DNA of 25,998 nucleotides from Selaginella moellendorffii (Eukaryota; Plantae; Lycopodiophyta): NCBI RefSeq assembly GCF_000143415.4, contig NW_003314359.1, positions 4,610 to 30,607 of the forward strand, read 5' to 3'. Shown piece by piece: positions 20,005 to 25,998 of this stretch (position 1 is its first letter; each line of letters starts with the position of its first letter). The notes under the pieces were generated by a model. It saw only the letters and a program-made list of their open reading frames with translations, ran no database searches and was not told where the DNA came from. The position numbers and the translations under genes were made by a program.

Positions 20005-23000
20005 TTGAAGAACAAGCAGCAGGACAAGAAGAATGGCCAATCATCTTCTCACGGTAAGTCAGATACTAAAAAGTTGCAAGCTTTACAGCGTGAGGATGAC
20101 GAGAACGACCATTCCGGTCGGAGGAAGAGACTTTCGATCGTTGCTCGTCAACTCAACTGTGTGTGGAACAAGATGGAGCTCGAGGATACGCGTGAATCAG
20201 CTTTAATGCTGGAGGGCGTGTTCCGTGGCGATCCAGTGCGGATTTTACTGGATAGTGGGAGCAATGACAACTTTGTTTCGGCAAAGTTTGTTGCGGAGCA
20301 TCGCCTGAACACACGTGGAGTTGTTCCATACACAGTGGAAGGTGCAGCTACCTCTGCTCAGCATTTTGATGCTTGTGTCGAGGGGCTGGAAGTGTTGGTT
20401 GGCAACACCACACTTGTGGAGACTTTTTATCTCGCGGATATCCATCGTGTGGATCTCATCCTTGGGATGCCATGGTTGGTGAAGGTGGATCCAGAGATAA
20501 AGTGGAGCATTAAGCGTATCTCGCTGGAGTATGGTGGAGTTAAAGATGTGTGGTTTGGCGAGGGCGTTCAACCACCAGTTGTTATGCTCTCTGCTACATC
20601 TTTGAAGCGGGCTTGTCGTAATGGAAAAACACTTTCGAGTTACTTGCTGTTTGTTCGTGACTTGGGCGACCAAGGCACGTGTGGGGGAGAAGCAGCAGTA
20701 CGGGATGTACTCGATGAGTTTTCTGATGTTTTTCCATCTGAACTTCCTCATGGATTGCCTCCATTACGAGGTGTGGAGCATGGGATTACATTGGAGCCGG
20801 GGACGCGGCCAATTTACCGGCGTCCATTTCGGTTAAGTTATGCGGAGGAGCAAGAAGTTCAACGACAAGTCAAGGAGTTACTTGAGTTTGGATTTATTCA
20901 GCCAAGTAAGTCTCCGTTTGGTGCTCCGGTCTTGCTTGTGAAGAAGAAGGACGGTTCAATGCGGATGTGTATTGACTACCGTGCTTTAAACAAGAAGACA
21001 GTGAAGGACAAGATGCCGATGCCACGTGTGGATGATTTCCTAGACAAGCTTGGTGAAGCACGAGTGTTTACCAAGATTGATCTGAGGAGTGGATATCATC
21101 AGATTGCAATAGATGATGCATCTATCTCCAAGACGGCATTCAACACAAGCTTCGGACATTTTGAGTTTACCGTTATGCCGTTTGGTTTGACGAATGCACC
21201 GGCCACATTTACTCGGTTGATGACGGAGGTATTTGGGCGTTATCTTCATGAGTTTGTGGAGATTTTCTTGGATGATATTCTTGTTTTTAGCAAGAATATG
21301 GAGGAGCATAGGGTGCATTTGCGCAAGGTTCTTTCGTTACTTCGAGACAGCAAACTTTATGTGAAGAAGAGCAAATGTGAATTTGCAAAGTCGGAGGTGG
21401 AATATCTAGGCCATATTGTGACATCTAAAGGTGTCAAGACGGATCCAAGGAAGGTGGCTGTGGTGGAAAACTGGCCTACACCGACTACAGTGGCCGAGTT
21501 GCGCAATTTTCTTGGTATGGCTAGTTACTACCGACGTTTCCAGCATAAGTTTGCAGAGGTGGCTATTCCGTTGACGCGGTTGTTACGCAAGAATGTGCCA
21601 TTCAAGTGGAAGACGCCACAAGAGGAGAGTTTTGTGGCGCTGAAACGATTGTTGATCGAGGCTCCAGTGCTTCACATTGCTGATCCATCGAAACCTTACG
21701 AGGTGACATGCAATGCTAGTGGTTATGCACTGGGAGGAGTTCTCATGCAAGAGGGACAGCCTATTGCATATGAGAGTCGAACTTTGAATTCCGCGGAGCA
21801 ACGCTATTCCATATATGAGCAAGAGTTACTCTCTATTGTTCATGCTTTGCGGACGTGGCGGCACTATCTTTATGGTGCAGTGTTCGTGGTGTTGACAGAT
21901 CACAAACCACTTGTGTATCTTTTCACACAGAAGGAGTTGAACACTAGGCAAGCTTGTTGGATGGTCAAACTCATGGAGTTTAGGGAGTTTCCTATTGAGC
22001 ATCGTCCGGGAAAATCAAATGTGGTGGCGGATGCTTTATCTCGTGTTCGTCATGTGACGACGTTACGAACACGATTTTGTCATCATTTGAGTAAGGTGGT
22101 CAGCGAGTTTGGGCAGTTAGTTGAGCATGCTCAGGCTCAGGATGCTGAGGTGGCCTCTTTGCGAGACCAGATGGAAGCTCCTTTCTCATTGGTGGATGGG
22201 ATTCTCTACTACAATGGCCGTGTCTATTTGCCACGGGTGGATGCGTTAATTACTCAAGTTTTATTCCACTATCATGATCGTCCAGAGGCCGGTCATTTTG
22301 GGGGGAAGAAGACGTATGAGTTGATTAAGCGCAACTTTTATTGGAGGAATATGAAGGCTGATATCCTCAAGTATTGTAAATCATGCGAGCTTTGTCAGCG
22401 GGTTAAGGTGCCACGGGAGAAGCCGGGGGGACTTTTGCAACCTTTACCTATTCCTCAGAGCCGTTGGTGTAGTATCTCTATGGACTTCATCACTTGTTTG
22501 CCACGAACACAGAGGCAAAAGGAGCAAGTATGGGTCATAGTGGATCAGTTGACGAAGTATGTGCGGTTGTTGGCTCTTCGGAAGACTGTCACTGCCTCAG
22601 ATTTGGCTGCGGTTTACTTGGAGAAGGTTTTTCCTGATTTTGGTTTGCCGGAGGACATCATTAGTGATCGAGATTCAAAGTTCACCAGTGGATTTTGGAA
22701 AAGCTTTGCAAAGGCTATGCAAGTGACTTTGAAACTCTCGAGTGGAGATCATCCTCAGACAGATGGGCAAACTGAGCGTGTGAATCAGGTGGTGGAGGAT
22801 ATGCTACGTTGTAGCATTGGTCAAAGGCAAGGACAGTGGGATTTATATCTTCCGTTGGTGCAATTTGCTTACAACAATAGCCAACACAGTGGAACCAAGC
22901 TAAGTCCTTACTTTGCCATGTTTGGAAGGCATCCTCGAACAGCGGTGGAGTTGGGATTGCATTTGAGTAAGGACGTTCAAGATAAGCTTGATTCCGAGGC

Positions 23001-23403
23001 AACTGATCTGGCCACAGAACTTGATGAGATTCTGGTGGTGTGCAAACGGAATTTGCAAGCAGCTCAGGATAGAGCGGAGAAGTTTGCCAATGAGCATCGC
23101 CAATTCCGGGAATATAAGGTGGGTGATCTCGTCTTTGTGCGAATGATCTTTCCGTCAAGTGAGCGGCGGAACACTTTGGTGCCTTTACGGACAGGGAAGA
23201 GTGATAAACTTTCCCATCGATATGCTGGTCCATATGAAGTGCTGGAGCGCATTGGTAAAGCGGCTTATCGAGTGCGGCTGCCAGTTGGGGTGAAAATTCA
23301 TCCGGTATTTTATGTCAGCCAGTTGAAAGGTGTACTATCTCGGAGTGACGGGCCCAATGCCTCCTTGATGTATACGGCTGTGGAAGATGGACCAGGAGCT
23401 TGA
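20005..23403 (+). CDS. pol: Gypsy Pol polyprotein: aspartic protease, RT, RNase H, integrase
   Basis: ILLDSGS; SPFGAPVLLVKKKDGSMRMCIDYRALN, FLDD; C(N)AS...EQELL...TDH; H-H-C-C, SMDF, IISDRD, QTERVN, GPY, HPVF. The first RNase H Asp appears as Asn, so it is probably non-functional. Confidence 0.95.
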   Translation: MKNKQQDKKNGQSSSHGKSDTKKLQALQREDDENDHSGRRKRLSIVARQLNCVWNKMELEDTRESALMLEGVFRGDPVRILLDSGSNDNFVSAKFVAEHRLNTRGVVPYTVEGAATSAQHFDACVEGLEVLVGNTTLVETFYLADIHRVDLILGMPWLVKVDPEIKWSIKRISLEYGGVKDVWFGEGVQPPVVMLSATSLKRACRNGKTLSSYLLFVRDLGDQGTCGGEAAVRDVLDEFSDVFPSELPHGLPPLRGVEHGITLEPGTRPIYRRPFRLSYAEEQEVQRQVKELLEFGFIQPSKSPFGAPVLLVKKKDGSMRMCIDYRALNKKTVKDKMPMPRVDDFLDKLGEARVFTKIDLRSGYHQIAIDDASISKTAFNTSFGHFEFTVMPFGLTNAPATFTRLMTEVFGRYLHEFVEIFLDDILVFSKNMEEHRVHLRKVLSLLRDSKLYVKKSKCEFAKSEVEYLGHIVTSKGVKTDPRKVAVVENWPTPTTVAELRNFLGMASYYRRFQHKFAEVAIPLTRLLRKNVPFKWKTPQEESFVALKRLLIEAPVLHIADPSKPYEVTCNASGYALGGVLMQEGQPIAYESRTLNSAEQRYSIYEQELLSIVHALRTWRHYLYGAVFVVLTDHKPLVYLFTQKELNTRQACWMVKLMEFREFPIEHRPGKSNVVADALSRVRHVTTLRTRFCHHLSKVVSEFGQLVEHAQAQDAEVASLRDQMEAPFSLVDGILYYNGRVYLPRVDALITQVLFHYHDRPEAGHFGGKKTYELIKRNFYWRNMKADILKYCKSCELCQRVKVPREKPGGLLQPLPIPQSRWCSISMDFITCLPRTQRQKEQVWVIVDQLTKYVRLLALRKTVTASDLAAVYLEKVFPDFGLPEDIISDRDSKFTSGFWKSFAKAMQVTLKLSSGDHPQTDGQTERVNQVVEDMLRCSIGQRQGQWDLYLPLVQFAYNNSQHSGTKLSPYFAMFGRHPRTAVELGLHLSKDVQDKLDSEATDLATELDEILVVCKRNLQAAQDRAEKFANEHRQFREYKVGDLVFVRMIFPSSERRNTLVPLRTGKSDKLSHRYAGPYEVLERIGKAAYRVRLPVGVKIHPVFYVSQLKGVLSRSDGPNASLMYTAVEDGPGA

Positions 23404-23477
23404 GCAGGATTCCCCAGAAAGGGTGATCACCGGTACAACTCGTCCTTGGGACAAGGACTTTGTTGGGGGGGAAGAAT

Positions 23478-23710
23478 TGTTAGGCGCCAGCTTTGACTAC
23501 GTGGTCAACGTCGGTCAAAGGGAGGCTCAAGGGTATATTAAGGCATGTTAGGGTAAGGGACTTAACCTACCCTAGGGCTCACAGTGGAGCAGCGGCACAG
23601 TGGAGCTTTTGAGGTAGCTCGGGGGTGGTTGGGTGGTGAGGAACCTCAAGAGGTGGCGTAGCATAGTCTTGGGCAACTAGATCTTTGTCTTTTTGCGCCG
23701 GATCATAACA
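23478..23710 (+). repeat. 3' LTR of inner Gypsy (233 bp)
   Basis: TGTTAGGCGCCAG...GGATCATAACA directly after PPT+AT; TATA-like TATATTAA at ~23534. Confidence 0.85.
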
Positions 23711-23714
23711 TTAA

Positions 23715-24108
23715 TGTTAGGATCCTATCCCTTACACCCTAAGCCAACTGGCTAAAGGGGTGATCACTTGATTGCAGGGCCCTTTCCTTATCCTATTATC
23801 CTGACCTGGTGCCTAACAATCCTCCCCCTCGTCAAGGTATGATCGTCCTCGATTATACTTAGGCCACCATCCGGTCACCATGGTCCTTCTCTTAGGGTCT
23901 ACCAAACCTTGGTTCTCCCTCTAGATCCACCATGTTGAATATTCCTTCAGAATATTCCTGCCCCACTCGTCAGCCACGAGAATCGAACTCGTCTCTGATA
24001 CCAATGTTAGGATCCTATCCCTTACACCCTAAGCCAACTGGCTAAAGGGGTGATCACTTGATTGCAGGGCCCTTTCCTTATCCTATTATCCTGACCTGGT
24101 GCCTAACA
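23715..24108 (-). mobile_element. TRIM copy 2 (complete, 394 bp)
   Basis: Identical 104-bp LTRs at 23715-23818 and 24005-24108. PPT at ~23830-23821. Met-i PBS at 24003-23993. No coding capacity. Confidence 0.93.
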
Positions 24109-24728
24109 CCCCCCCCCCCCCCATCCTTCGTGGGGTACAACACACCTCAGTCCAAATGCTTCCATCAGTCCTTTTAGGACTATTCCTTGACTCTACTTGA
24201 GTCATCCAGCAGTTTTGGACTTGGTTAATCCCCAGACCCATAAGGTCCTACTTGTGAGGCACTAGTTCACTGGAATACGCTTCTCGCATTCTTGTCCTAC
24301 TTAAAAGGACTATTTTCACAAGTGTTACTCTGACACTTGATTTTGTTCTCTAAGGGCAACCTTTGCCCCTTGGGACTAGTTGTCCATGTGATGAGAATAC
24401 CAACTCATCTCTAAGTACACTCCCCAACTCCTTGGGTTGTTCCAGCATTTAGTAAAGGTAGCCCCGGCTACCATTTCAAGGACTTGAGTCTTTTTCCACA
24501 TTTGACCTCCCACGGTCATTACTTTTGGTTTCACATTCATGAGCACCAACCTCAACTATATGAGGATAATCTTGTGACTCCCTTATTGCTTTGGAGTCTT
24601 TATCTTTCCTGTGATCCCAACTTTAGTTGTTTACCACAACTACATTGGCCATTTACTGAGTCAAACGCTCATCTGGATCACATCCTCAACTCTCTGAGGA
24701 AAACCATATACTATTCCCAAGATCCCAT

Positions 24729-25123
24729 AGTCGTTCCCTTACCGGCCCTTTTTCTATCCACCACATTGCACCCAAGTCACGCATGAACTTGAGTGGAGAG
24801 CCATGTCCTCTCGGCATGCTACTCCTCGAGGATAAGCCCACTCCTAGGACCTTCCAATGCCAATATCAATGGTGATATACTTGAGCACCAATAAAAATCG
24901 GACTAAGGAACAGCTCCAATACCAAAGTCGTTCCATTATTGGCCCTTTTCTATCCACCACATAGTGCCCAAGTTCACGCATGAACTTGAGTGGAGAGCCA
25001 TGTCCTCTCGACATGCTACGCCTCCAGGATAGGCCCACTCCTAGGACCTTCCGATGCCAACATCAATGGTGATATACTTGAGCACCAATAAAAGTCGGAC
25101 TAAGGAACAGTTCTGATACCAAA
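24729..25123. repeat. ~197-bp tandem duplication in the leader of the outer element, including the PBS
   Basis: 24729-24925 vs 24926-25123. The units end GCTCCAATACCAA and GTTCTGATACCAAA. Confidence 0.85.
25112..25121 (-). promoter_or_regulatory. Primer binding site (tRNA-iMet) of outer element
   Basis: Minus strand TGGTATCAGA. Confidence 0.85.
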
Positions 25124-25124
25124 T

Positions 25125-25998
25125 TGTAAGCAACTAAATTTTCCATTCTACTTTAGTCACTTAACCACACCTCCGACCACTTGGAGGAGTCTCAATCACA
25201 ACCTCCATAAGTCCATTTCAGGACTTGGGACTTGCTAGCCCCAAGAATGGCATCCATACCACTCAACATTTGCACTTGGTCCAAGTGCTCCACGTGTTCG
25301 ATCCCATGACTGACACTCAAAAGTACCACCAACATGGTAGCCTGTTACGCTAAGGCCATGCCCAATCACCTTTGCCACACTGGTAGTCCAATACCACTTG
25401 TATCACAGTCTTGGCTCTCCAAGACTAGGCAAACCATCCATGAGTGGTCATCTCAAATCCATTCCTTAGCATCCTTAGGATGCCCACCGACAAGGGGAAT
25501 AGCCTTCCCCAATATCCCTCTGTTAGTCCCCACTAAGTCCCTTTCTGCCCCTGGCCGTGTTTGCCAACACTGCCACTGGATCGAGGCCCACAGGCCCGAC
25601 CACTAAGTCCCATGGTCCTCTGGGACTTCCTCACCACATGACTGTGTCCTTGGTCACTACCCCAGAGGACTGCTCCTCTTCCTTTCCACAGTCTGGGCCT
25701 TTGGGACAACATTTCGAAACACCGTGGCCTTACGCGAGCCACCTGGGTACTCTCCCCGCCTTCCGCCCTTGGGTGCTCTAGCCATGGGCTTAGAGCGAGG
25801 TTCCGTTGAGCCACGCCTGGTATCCAAGTAGGTAGTGCCACCCACACTTGGACTGGGAGCATCGGCCAATCGATCTCCCGGGGGAACTAGAGCCGGCTCT
25901 TGAACACTTCACCAAACTACCCCGCTTGTCGGTCTGTGTTCACTCTAGTCTTGGACTTCCCAGTGGTCAGCTCATCACCCAACACTGGGTCTGGCCTT
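25125..25998 (-). repeat. 5' LTR of outer element (runs off the window)
   Basis: Begins TGTAAGC on +, 3 nt from the PBS. Its distal part matches 14252-14724. Confidence 0.8.

Larger units (their letters stand above)
19611..23710 (+). mobile_element. 5'-truncated Ty3/Gypsy (chromovirus-like) retrotransposon
   Basis: gag-pol, PPT GGGGGGGAAGA at 23465-23475, and 3' LTR at 23478-23710. No 5' LTR or PBS. Confidence 0.9.
14252..25998 (-). mobile_element. Decayed non-autonomous Ty3/Gypsy-derived LTR element (outer element)
   Basis: LTR copies 14252-14724 and 25526-25998 have about 14 mismatches in 473 bp by eye. Minus-strand Met-i PBS at 25121-25112 next to the LTR boundary at 25125. Faint minus-strand pol remnants in RT-RH-IN order. 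Confidence 0.75.

Overview
Eukaryotic (land-plant-like) transposon nest with no host genes. Introns of 46-56 nt and TTTAGGG telo-boxes suggest a compact-intron plant such as a lycophyte (inference). Left half (19-14251): two near-identical head-to-tail copies (period 8316/8311 bp) of an ~8.1-kb DNA-transposon-like element with no visible TIRs. It carries a decayed DDD-type (Sola1-like, GHTHEDVD motif) transposase on + and a divergent multi-exon accessory gene on -. About 15 copies of a 22-bp palindrome (ATGGCATGAGGCCTCATGCCAT) per element lie mostly in introns and UTR regions. The element sits inside the LTR of a minus-strand, highly decayed Ty3/Gypsy element (14252 to >25998), and 171 bp of that LTR was co-duplicated between the copies. 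Nested in the decayed element is a 4.8-kb TRIM(-)/Gypsy gag-pol(+)/TRIM(-) composite (19272-24108). Its TAACA-TT-AA-TGTTA junction looks like a blunt ligation of two unprocessed cDNA ends.
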